In this document: piece after piece, positions 10,591 through 26,106 of the stretch
Layout of the letters: every line of letters begins with the position of its first letter
Position numbering within the stretch: the first letter of the stretch is position 1
From: Macrostomum lignano
Lineage: Eukaryota
DNA: 34,202 nucleotides
Direction of reading: 5' to 3'
Assembly (NCBI GenBank): GCA_002269645.1
Contig: NIVC01003062.1
Coordinates: 1 to 34,202, forward strand
Program-made: the position numbers and the translations under genes
Notes under the pieces: model-generated
The model's input: the letters and a program-made list of their open reading frames with translations, nothing else
Told to the model about the DNA's origin: nothing
Database searches by the model: none

Positions 10591-11297
10591 ATTTTATCAC
10601 CACCTGCTCTAAACATTGTGTTTCTACTTATTCAACGATTTTATTCGCCATCTGCTCTAAACATTGTGTTTCTACTTATTCAACGATTTTATTCGCCATC
10701 TGCTCTAAACATTGTGTTTCTACTTATTCAACCATTTTATTCGCCACCTGCTCTAAACATTGTGTTTCTACTTATTCAACCATTTTATTCGCCACCTGCT
10801 CTAAACATTGTGTTTCTACTTATTCAACCATTTTATTCGCCACCTGCTCTAAACATTGTGTTTCTACTTATTCAACGATTTTATTCGCCACCTGCTCTAA
10901 ACATTGTGTTTCTACTTATTCAACCATTTTATTCGCCACCTGCTCTAAACATTGTGTTTCTACTTATTCAACCATTTTATTCGCCACCTGCTCTAAACAT
11001 TGTGTTTCTACTTATTCAACCATTTTATTCGCCACCTGCTCTAAACATTGTGTTTCTACTTATTCAACCATTTTATTCGCCACCTGCTCTAAACATTGTG
11101 TTTCTACTTATTCAACCATTTTATTCGCCACCTGCTCTAAACATTGTGTTTCTACTTATTCAACCATTTTATTCGCCACCTGCTCTAAACATTGTGTTTC
11201 TACTTATTCAACCATTTTATTCGCCACCTGCTCTAAACATTGTGTTTCTACTTATTCAACCATTTTATTCGCCACCTGCTCTAAACATTGTTTTTAT
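10591..11297. repeat. 48-bp minisatellite, ~14-15 copies
   Basis: Unit TTTTATTCGCCACCTGCTCTAAACATTGTGTTTCTACTTATTCAACCA, read directly. Confidence 0.97.
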
Positions 11298-11545
11298 TTA
11301 TTCAAAACTTTTTTATTACAAACATTCAAACATAAGTTGCAACTTTTTAAAAAAAATAAATTTGTTTCCCTTCAGTTTTGTTCCGTTTTCCAAAAGCCTC
11401 TTTATTTGTGGTGCCTCTTTATTTTACTTTATGAATTAAACATTCGCATATAAAATGATGGAAGCGTTCAGAAATTCTTCTATCTGGTTGATACATCCAC
11501 TGGTTATTTATAGGCCTAGATATACTTCTATGGTAAAATTGTTAG

Positions 11546-11935
11546 GGCAGCCCTTCCACACTAGCTATGGTGGGATTGTTGGGACAGCCCTATGCACACT
11601 GGCTATGGTGGGATTGTTGGGACAGCCCTATGCACACTGGCTATGGTGGGATTGTTGGGACAGCCCTATGCACACTGGCTATGGTGGGATTGTTGGGACA
11701 GCCCTATGCACACTGGCTATGGTGGGATTGTTGGGACAGCTCTATCCACACTAGCTTTGGTGGAATTGTTGGGACAGCCCTATGCACACTGGCTATGGTG
11801 GAATTGTTGGGACAGCCCTATGTACACTGGCTATGGTGGAATTGTTGGGACAGCCCTATGTACACTGGCTATGCTGGAATTGTTGGGACAGCCCTATGTA
11901 CACTGGCTATGCTGGAATTGTTGGGACAGCCCTAT
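11546..11935. repeat. 38-bp minisatellite, ~10 copies
   Basis: Unit CACACTGGCTATGGTGGGATTGTTGGGACAGCCCTATG. Confidence 0.96.
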
Positions 11936-12644
11936 ACTATAGTGTGTGCTGGCTTCTGCTTCTGCTATAGTGTGGTTCATTTCCGCATCCTTTTACGTAG
12001 CATTCTGTGGGTCCGAATAGCTGACATGTACCTTTTGAGTAATTCTAGTGATTGTGTCATAATCAATAAAGTACATTTTTATGAACAGTGGAGTTTCGCT
12101 ACAGAATTGTTTTTTCCCAGTGGCACTAAATGTAGCAAATTTTGTTTATTCAGATCGTAAAATTTTTTTGATATGTGTCAATGTCGTTTGTCTTCGATAA
12201 CCTTAAAGTCCCTTGCCATTTACCATCCTGTCTTCTATAATCTATGATCGCTGAAATTATCTGGTGAAATTTGACGCGCTGATATTATTGCCTTAGTGGA
12301 ATTCAGCAAGACACCAGGGTTTTTTAATTCTGTTTTAGACAAGTATACATGTACAATCTGTTGTGAGTTCAATGCACCTCGAAAAATGCTTTCCAACTGT
12401 TTTCAGTAAGCCAAAAGCATGTTGTCAATAAAAATCGATTTGGTGGGTTGAAAATTGCCTGTGTGGGGACGTGTGTGTGTGTGATTTTTCGTGTGTCGAA
12501 GCAGTCCCAATATGTGCAAGCTTTTGCACACTTGGCCAATAAGTGCCTCGTGCACGTTTGTGTGTGTGTGCCTGCGTACAGCACAACATTTTTCTTAAGC
12601 AGTGAAATCAGTCAATTGATTCAAACAGATTTTAATGATCGCAG

Positions 12645-16987
<4,343 letters not shown>

Positions 16988-17092
16988 AACTGCTCAAAAC
17001 GGTTTTTTATCGGTTGACTAAAATTTTATGTAGATTGACTATTGATCAGACTTTATTCCTGCAATTGGCGTGCTTTACGAACGGGTTTCGGT

Positions 17093-17610
17093 GACCCAGC
17101 TCACACCCTACTACAACAGCTCACACTACGCTTCAAAAGTTCACAACCCAGTCCAGAAGCTCACACCCTACTCCACCAGCTCACACCCTACTCCACCAGC
17201 TCACACCCTACTCCACCAGCTCACACCCTACTCCACCAGCTCACACCCTACTCCACCAGCTCACACCCTACTCCACCAGCTCACACCCTACTCCACCAGC
17301 TCACACCCTACTCCACCAGCTCACACCCTACTCCACCAGCTCACACCCTACTCCACCAGCTCACACCCTACTCCACCAGCTCACACCCTACTCCACCAGC
17401 TCACACCACACTCCACCAGCTCACACCCTACTTCACCAGCTCACACCCTACTGCACCAGCTCACACCTTACTCCACCAGCTCACACCACACTCCACCAGC
17501 TCACACCCTACTCCACCAGCTCACACCACACTCCACCAGCTCACACCCTACTGCACCAGCTCACACCCTACTCCACCAGCTCACACCCTACTCCACCAGC
17601 TCACACCACA
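17093..17610. repeat. 20-bp minisatellite downstream of the cadherin stop, ~25 copies
   Basis: Unit CAGCTCACACCCTACTCCAC. Confidence 0.97.
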
Positions 17611-18066
17611 GTGCCATTGCGTGTTCCAGCTTCATCCCCATAACCGGTTCGACACTCTTTCAAGTGTTGTTTGATCCTGGTTAAAAGTAATGTTGCATTA
17701 TGCTTGTTATGCTCCACGTATCCTTATTTATGCCCAATATTTAATCACTCCAGTAGCAGCCTATTTTATTCACAAAGTACAAACTTGCAAGTAAAAACTC
17801 TGGTAGAACTTTGTAACACAACTTTAGCTGAGGATTGCTGAGTAGACGACTGAGCTAACCTGATACGGTCGGCAGTATCTGAGAATCTCAAGTGCCCCTC
17901 CCCGCAAAAGCGGATGTGGGCTGTATTGTGCTTCACCTCAGCGTTTCTTGAGCAGCTTATCAATGCGCTGTGAGATGAGTTCGTGTTTCCTGGCCTTCTT
18001 TGCAAGATTAACTCGACTTGGCAAAGCTAGCAGATTAAGTAAAACTTATTTTGTATAGCTTTGTGG

Positions 18067-18373
<307 letters not shown>

Positions 18374-18569
18374 TACGGATATATGGATGGATGGATGACA
18401 GAAAAATAAAGTTAGAAAAGTCCAAGTATCTCAGAATATCCTGCAGACTGTCGCTTTTCATTGGATTAAAAAGATTAGACAAATATCGGATGCTGTCCCA
18501 GAAGCGAAAACGAAAATTGATTGCATCGTAGCGACTGAGTTGTCCTGGGAAGTGAAATCCGCTCCGTAG

Positions 18570-18750
18570 TGCGGGGTAGCCAATCAACTAGATTGGACGC
18601 ATGACATCGGCAGAAGCGGCTTCTTGTCTTTCAAGATTTTTTCTTGATTGTTTGCCCTCTCACTCGAGTATGCAGTTCGTTCAAATCGAAACATATAGGC
18701 TCGGCATCAGTATTATCCCAGGACAATTTATGCTGCCTCTGATTGGCTCA
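18570..18750 (+). promoter_or_regulatory. Candidate promoter with CCAAT boxes upstream of the 18820 gene
   Basis: GCCAATCA (~18580), GATTGG (~18591) and CTGATTGGCT (~18739) in a CpG-containing stretch. Motif match only. Confidence 0.3.
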
Positions 18751-18819
18751 CACAGTTTGCAAATTGGGGCATAAATTTCCTGGCATCAGCTGCTGCTCAC
18801 AGCTCCGAGCATCCCACCA

Positions 18820-19675
18820 ATGCCAATGATAGAAGCATCAACGAACTCATCGACGCTGCTCCACCAGCTTCTGTGGCCGCAGTCTCCATCGCCTCGTCGA
18901 CATCACGCGGCCCTGATCGGCCTTTTAGCCGGCGTCTGCTTCGTGCTCTGCCTCCTGCTGGGCCTTGGGCTCTGGCGCCGCAGGCGGGACAGCGCCATCG
19001 ACTCTGAGGACGATGATGATGCGGATCGAATGGAATCTGAGGATGGAGAAACTTCAACCAGCAGCTGTCGGATTCGTCTGCTGCCTGGCGAGCGGAGTTT
19101 CAGTACTCAACAGGTGAGTCCTGCCCGTTCCGCTGAGGGTGTACAGCGGCCTCGACATTCAAATCGGCAGGCATGTACACTTTCTGCGCCTTGGGGGCTG
19201 GCCGTCAGGGATGTGAATCGCCAGAGGTCACTTTTGGCGCGACAGAGTGAGACGAGTTTACTGTTGATTGCCTGACTCTGCCCCTCCTTTACAGACAATG
19301 CAGGAATTCGATGAAGTTGCCGAGCGAACTGAGGAGGAGGAGTCTGGGCAGCAGCGGGGCCGGCAGCAGCAGTTCTGCTACGGTTGCGGCGCTCTGGTCA
19401 ACCGAAACCCGCTGACCTACGTTGAGTCCGACAGCCGTGAGTCGAGCTCGGACGAGGAGGAGCAATCAGGTCAACAGCAGGTCGGAGGTGGGTTTAAGAA
19501 TCGCTGCACCTGCTTCGGAGTCCCGACAGTGTCGTTGGCGACTGACTGGTCTGTGGGGAACTTTCAGCAGCAACAGCAGCAACAGGAACAACAACAGCCA
19601 CCACAGTCGAGGAAAATTTCGCTGACACCGCTTTCGGAGCCGACAGAAATTGACGGAGCCATTGGCTTTATGTAG
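18820..19675 (+). CDS. Single-pass membrane protein of unknown family. Exons 18820(or 18803)-19113 and 19295-19675
   Basis: TM segment ALIGLLAGVCFVLCLLLGLGLW followed by an RRRR stop-transfer. Phase-0 donor CAG/GTGAGT (19113) joins acceptor CCTTTACAG/ACA (19294) in frame. The tail is acidic and Gln-rich and contains CYGC. Confidence 0.7.
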
Positions 19676-19724
19676 ATTGATTATTGTCCTGCCTTTGCTA
19701 TTGTAACTAGGAGGCTGGAGTTGG

Positions 19725-20064
19725 TGTTTTATTAGGGGGAAGGGGGGCTGTGTGCACCCTGGCGCACTTTAAGCGACATTATCACGCAACCGGCGAGAGG
19801 CATTGCTGCCCATTCCATTGACTCCCCTAAGCAGGCACACAAGCGCGCGGATACGTACGCAGTCATACGCACAGGCACGCACTCACACAGTTAGGCATAT
19901 ACACTTCACTGTGCCTTGGGGGTTGGCCATCAAGGGTGTTAATTGCACGAGCAGAGCCAAGCCGAGATTCCAATTTAGCTCCAAATTAATGTGACTGCAC
20001 TTGGAATCGAGCCTGGGCCGCTGGCACATCAGAGCGCCGCGTTGGACCACTGGGTTACGGCCGC
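19725..20064 (-). mobile_element. tRNA-derived SINE-like element
   Basis: The minus strand reads GCGGCCG-TAACCCAGTGG (A-box-like) … GGCTCGATTCC (B-box-like) at tRNA-like spacing, followed by a non-tRNA body, a GT-rich stretch and AATAAAA. A diverged copy of the body lies at ~19185-19225. Confidence 0.55.
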
Positions 20065-21036
20065 TTTGAGGAGGTGGGTTGGTTTGCCCGAAGCTCCTCA
20101 AATTGACGGGAAGGGTAGAGAGTAGAGATTGGGTAGTTGGCAAGCTCTAGGGCTGGAAGGTAGAAAGAAACTATTAGTTCAGTTGGCACTTTTACCGTAA
20201 AGAAATGTAAGGTAAAAGTACGGGAGTGTTTTAGGGCTCTCCTTGGGCTTTGGGACTTTAGGATGTTCATTTTGTTCTTTTTCCATTTTCATCTGATATC
20301 ATCCGATCTTGGTTCTTTTGACCATTGGGTTAAAAATATAAAGAAATTGACAATTTTATTTGGATCCTGCTCAGTTTCCAGTTCAACTGGCAAGCTGGAA
20401 GCAATTGTTCCATTAAGATCTCCGTTTTCATGCCTAACTGAGCTGCCAAATAATAGAACCAGCGCGTTTCGTGGCTAAGAAGTGACTCCCTAAGAGAGGC
20501 AACCCTGAGAAGGATAGAAGTCCTGCTAGATCCCTACCGGATGAACCTGGGAAATCTGAGCTTAGTCCAGCCTCCGGCAAGTCAATTCTCTGGCCTCTAT
20601 TCTAATCTGCCGGATGCAGAGCAGCAGGGAGGTGGCTGCCATTTTATTATAATCTGGGAGACGCGACACGCGAGCTGCCCAGCTGCTGCAAACGGGAAAA
20701 TGCAATCCAGAAAAATTAGCAAAAAACGGATACCTTTTGATAACAGCGATGCTCCAGGACTGACTGGTTTTTTAATTTCCTTTTTCGATCTCGTTGCTAC
20801 TTTCCGCTGCTGCTGCTGCAGCCTCGAGAGACTGAAAGAAAATAACCCTCGCGAAAGTCAATTTCTGTCTTCCGCTTTTAATGGGAAGCGGTTTGATAAA
20901 GAATGAACCTTCCCGAAGGGACCGAAGCACTTGGTTAAGAATTAATTAGCTAAATTCTGTATGCGATGAGGAAGAACTCTCGTTTAATTTCGACGGAAAT
21001 TTGAAATTTATGCTGCATATCATTGACGTCATCGTC

Positions 21037-21176
21037 CAATAGACCCTTCTCTCAGGCGTGCAGCACTCCACCAATGTAGACCCTTCTCTCAGGCGTGCAG
21101 CACTCCACCAATGTAGACCCTTCTCTCAGGCGTGCAGCACTCCACCAATGTAGACCCTTCTCCCAGGCGTGCAGGC
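21037..21176. repeat. 37-bp tandem repeat, ~3.5 copies
   Basis: Unit CAGCACTCCACCAATGTAGACCCTTCTCTCAGGCGTG. Confidence 0.93.
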
Positions 21177-21636
21177 CCAATGAATACTTGAACATCCCTG
21201 TCTCCAGAGTTCGAGTTCAAGGCAATATAGTAAAAAACGCCGCCTTTGATGTAGCACGTATTATAACAGGTTCCTAAAATATTTAATTAAGCTACCCCAA
21301 CAGCCACGCGCGCAGCCATAAAACTTAATTTGGCTTTGCACTGCATAGCTAATGCCGCATTCAGATAGCACAGGACTGCGGCTGCTCCTCTACTCTCATC
21401 CGCTCTGCATGATCAATAGCCGGTAAAATGCAAAAGCGGAGAGAAGGGAGAGACAGCGATAGAATAGGGTAATATATCAGAACCAAAATGCGGCTCTCTT
21501 TGGCTTAGTCCAGTCATTAATTAGCTGCTCCTGCTCATAGATTAATATATCAGCTACCTCGGTCTCACTGATGTAGCACTGGTACCTCAGATACTGAGGC
21601 ATTGCCTGGGCCTAACATGTAGGCTTGTCTGTATTG

Positions 21637-21993
21637 CATCCGGACACACCTGTGGTTGCATCTGGAAAAAAATTCTGTGGTTGCATCCGGACATACCTTC
21701 TGCGGTTGCATCCGGACACACCTTCTGCGGTTGCATCCGGACACACCTTCTGTGGCTGTATCCGGACACACTTTCTGTGGTTGCATCTGGACAAAAATTC
21801 TGTGGTTGCATCCGGGCACACTTTCTGCGGTTGCATCCGGACACACCTTCTGCGGTTGCATCCGGACACACCTTCTGCGGTTGCATCCGGACACACCTTC
21901 TGCGGTTGCATCCGGACATACCTTCTGCGGTTGCATCCGGACACACCTTCTGCGGTTGCATCCGGACACACCTTCTGCGGTTGCATCCGGACA
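21637..21993. repeat. 25-bp minisatellite, ~14 copies
   Basis: Unit GCATCCGGACACACCTTCTGCGGTT. Confidence 0.96.
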
Positions 21994-22369
21994 AACTTAC
22001 CCGTAGGCTTTTATTCAGCTATCCGAACCGAGGAACAGTAAGCTATGTAAGCTTTATCTTACATAGTACTAGCAGTAGGCAACCTCTGCAAGTGTGACTG
22101 AGTTTTAGTTGACTTGAACAATGGCCGGAAAACCATCACGCTTCGCCATTATTTCAACTGTTGAATTGCGCACAAATATAAAATGAGATCAAGTATGATG
22201 AGTCTAGTACCTATCTATTAGTCTGCTAATACAGGGTATGTATAATTTTAGACCAGGTATTAAAAGTTTCGTTGATAAAAGTTGTTGCTGAGAAGCTTCA
22301 AGTTTAAGTTGAGCCAAAATTCGCTTGACAACGCGATAATAACTAAGCCAAGTTACAATGTCTTCTGCA

Positions 22370-22520
22370 CAAACACTTCTAAGCCTGCACAAACACTTCT
22401 ACGCCTGTACAAACAGTTCTACGCCTGTACAAACACTTCTACGCCTGTACAAACACTTCTACGCCTGTACAAACACTTCTACGCCTGTACAAACAGGCGT
22501 AAACACTTTTACGCCTGCAG
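22370..22520. repeat. 20-bp minisatellite, ~7 copies
   Basis: Unit AAACACTTCTACGCCTGTAC. Confidence 0.93.
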
Positions 22521-23623
22521 TCTTCTGGGATTTTACTTTGAAACTCATAAAAATACGTTTGTAGAAAGGAACACGGCTAAAATTTATGCATATACTCTGC
22601 AACATTGAAAATTCGCCACCCACCAGTAAGCAACTTCTAACGGATCTCCCTTGCAAGTAGTAGTAGGGAGTAGTAGTAGTAGCAAGTAGCTCTTGGTACG
22701 ACCGCATCCGGGATGCTTAGAAACTTTTGTTTGAATGAAACAAACTTAATTCTACATTTTTGTTTAGACCATTGTTTTCGTGATTCCGGTTTGTAAACTA
22801 ATTTAGGCTACAATTGAACATGAATACGTATTTTGCACAAACAGATCCAACATAGAGGCAACAGGAGGTTGCACATTTGAGTGCCACATATGTGTATTAA
22901 AAAAATATACAGCCTGAAGCGTCTGCGTTCGGCAAACGTACACTTGCATCCGTCTTTCTCAGCGAGCAAAGTTTTCTTTATCCAAGGAATTGTTGACAAG
23001 AAATAGGTGCCTCTGCTTTCTACAGCTGAGCCACAGGTCATGTATGCCGGCGCTAGGGATGATAGAAAAACTCGATCTCAGGGAATCTGCCTGTCACCGA
23101 CTGGCTGCCTGGCGGGACGAAAATCAATTCGCAATGTCGCAAAAGTCCCCAGAGATTGCGTACGGGACTCAGTTGGCTTAGCCAGCCTCCCAGCAGGGCC
23201 TCATCATCTCACAATATTAGTCAGCCGGCTTGCCTAAGCCGAATACAGTGATGGGGTGAGGCAATTCGCAGGCCAATCTCAATCAACTCAATCTTTCCTA
23301 ATTCCCATCCAACCCAATCCAGTCCCTCTGTCGCCTTCGTTCGCGCGCATATTTCGACTCTTCTTCTTCACCACTACTTTCGACGCCTTTTTCTGTTGAC
23401 GCTCTAGGAGCCTGATTTCGACTTAAAGAGCCTGAATCTAACAGCCTAACGAAGAAACCAGTCTCAATTTCTATGCAGATTTTCAGACATTTCTTATTGG
23501 TTACCGAGGAGAAAAACTGTAGAGTTAAGTGCTAATCAATCACTCTAAGAAAGCGAACTGCCTCAATGATTCGCTAACCGAGAGTTTAGAACTGAGCCGT
23601 CACTGATCGTTGGTGCAAACGTC

Positions 23624-24758
23624 ATGTCATCGGCTACATCTGTAGTTATCCTGTTCCTAATCACTTCCGGCATTCGTGGCCATCATGAGAAAGTGACCGA
23701 AACTGGCTGGCTTTGGCAGTTTGAGCTCATCCTGGGCGCCATGACCTGGCAGGAGGCGGCGGACCGCTGCTCCGCTGCTGGAATGTCACTGGCGCCGGTG
23801 GCTGCCTCTCCAGGCGGACTCGCGGCCGCCAGAGCGCGTCTAACTGGGGAGGGAGTCGTCGAGCGAAGCGTCTGGATCGACGGCAGGCGAAGTCGCCGAC
23901 GATGCAGCTGCCTATGGAAGCAGAAAATTTTGCAGAGGCTGAAGCAACAATCTACCATGTAAGGAGAACTCTAGTGTTCTGAGGCCCTGAGCAAAGACAC
24001 ACTCTCTCAGCTCATTTATCTTGCGTGTTACGCTCGTAATTTCAAGTGAAAACGTTGCCGGATTATTTAATGTGGCGCAAGTCTGGGAATTTTGTCAAAA
24101 TATCATTCATTAGTTCCTATTATTCCCGATTTTTTAACAAGCGTCAGATTATATCGACAAGAGTTTGTCAGGACGTCAGATAGCTCGTGAGAGTCAATAG
24201 AATAGTCTACAGGCTTTGTACTTTTCTTTCGACACACAGAAAGTCTCTTTGAAATGCCGTTTCTGACTGTAACTACTTGTTAAACATCCATGCAGGAACT
24301 TCTCCAGTCCAGTCTCCATGGTCCATTTCTCCTCAGCTCAAAGTGAGCTCAGTCTTCCAGAAGAAGCTCCATTGCAGTCGCGCAACGAGTGTCTGACGGT
24401 GCGAAGCTCGACTGTACTCGCTGAAAATCGCGCAGAAGATGCGGTTGAATTCGCTGACTGCCAGCAGTACCAAGCTGGCGCGCTGTGCTCGGCTGTTCAG
24501 CATCCAAATCAGCTTCATCAGCAGCAACACCGCCAGAAGTCAGTTGAACAGACTTCAGCAACAACAACATCAGCGCCTGACGATGCCGATGAATCAGCAG
24601 CACTGACGGAATCTTCGAAGCTGAAGAGCAACCCGGATGAGGTTTGGTGGCTGGCCGCGCTGTCGGGTTGCGTAGCCGCCAGTCTGTGCGTCATCGCCTC
24701 CCTGCTGGCAGTCATTGTGACTGGCGCCGGTAGGAGGGAGCATTGCTGCTACAAATGA
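23624..24758 (+). CDS. Type I membrane protein with a divergent C-type lectin-like domain, ~265 aa. Exons 23624-23958 and 24296-24758
   Basis: Signal peptide MSSATSVVILFLITSGIRG; CTLD-like motifs MTWQEAADRC, VWIDG, ECL, DCQQ and ALC. Phase-2 donor AT/GTAAGG joins CATGCAG/G in frame. A S/T/Q-rich stalk, a TM segment (WWLAALSGCVAASLCVIASLLAVIV) and a short tail RREHCCYK* follow. Confidence 0.75.
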
Positions 24759-26106
24759 CGTCTTACCGAGCGAGAGGACGAGTCAGGGGCTACTCTGAGT
24801 TACACGAGTTTTGCATCCTAATTTATTTAAGGCCGAATTTCGCTTGAAAATGCATTTACGAGACAGGAATTCTATATTTTAAGCACTTATTGGACGATTT
24901 TGTTATATTCTGTTGATACGACGATCCCGTAACACAATCGTAACGGCTTTAGAAAAATTCGTCCCAAGCTTACTCTAAATGCTTAATTTTGCACCTTGTT
25001 CAACCAACCTCTACTCGTACATCAACCAACATCGCATGCATATTGGTAGGGTAGAAATGCTTTAAATGATTAATGTCTTATCTTCTTAATGCATAGTTAA
25101 ACGAAATTAGGCCATTATATACAGTATTTGACAAACAACCGAGTTTAACACGCTCTGTGATTCATTCAAAATATTTACCCGAAGTCGAAGACCCACTCTT
25201 TAGCTGTTTTTTTCGACAGGCTTTTCAGTACAAATTTTACAGTACAGCAAACCTATGGTAAATGCTGCACAAATATTCAAACTAGTGGAACTCGTACAGA
25301 CGAACGGATTAAGAATCTTTGTAGTATGACTATATTAGCTCATAGCTCATATATAATTTAGGGCCAGGTTATAAAATACTGCGGAAGCATGCTCAGTAGA
25401 TCAGAGTTTATAGAAAATTTCGAGCAGAACTAATACGATATAAATATTTTAAGCATAATTTGCGAATGGCGGCGTTGCATTAGCAAAGCTGTGAGGGAGC
25501 GAATGAAGACTGTGCGAGCAGGCAAAATTACTGGTTAAATAATTTTCGAATCGCTAGAATGACTAGGGGAGAATCAGGAGAAATGGCCGCAGGACTTTAT
25601 CGAAAACTACAATTCAGAAAGTTTAATAAAGTCTCAAAAAAGCGATATAGCGAAATTGGGTTAAAGCGATTTTGTTTAAAAAAATCGACGGCTATGTTTG
25701 CGTGCCGATTTTTTTTACTAGGCGGCGAAAATGGGCTTAAAAATAGAGAGAGAGAGAGACGTACGGCTGACGCGAGGGAAAAGTGCGGCGGACTACAGCC
25801 AGGTGAAGCGGTCAGTGATTGCCACCAAAGCCATATTAGCGCTAAGGCGAACCGATGGTCTATCGATGAGCAGTAGTAAATGGAGTCGAGCAGTATGGCA
25901 GCAAGCCTCGAAAAAACTAGATAAGAAGGCAAGGGGGTCTCGAATTAAGTCGTGCGAGCGGGGCAGTTACCGTGATGGCAACTGGAGAAGTTCTTCAGCA
26001 ACAGCTTTGCCATGCTTAATGAAAGTGCTCTAAAAGGCTGCGTTGCTGTTTATAAAAAGAGTTACTAATGATCAGAAGATCAGATTGATGTCCAGTTCAA
26101 GTCTGT

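Noticed and set aside
10537-11439. 300-aa hydrophobic repeat ORF (SPPALNIVFLLIQPFY)n
   Set aside because: A by-product of a 48-bp (multiple of 3) stop-free minisatellite; starts at TTG with no unique domain.
12180-12350. Possible LINE endonuclease remnant (minus strand …ISPDNFSDHRL)
   Set aside because: Only a 3-residue SDH match, interrupted by stops; insufficient without a profile search.
20260-20900. Possible minus-strand exons (for example 20831-20734, LSRLQQQQRKVATRSKKEIKKP…)
   Set aside because: Splice sites are plausible, but I could not join them into a continuous stop-free frame or recognise a domain.
25559-26033. Short overlapping ORFs between the lectin gene and twitchin
   Set aside because: No domain or splice support; the region is most simply twitchin 3' UTR or intergenic DNA.
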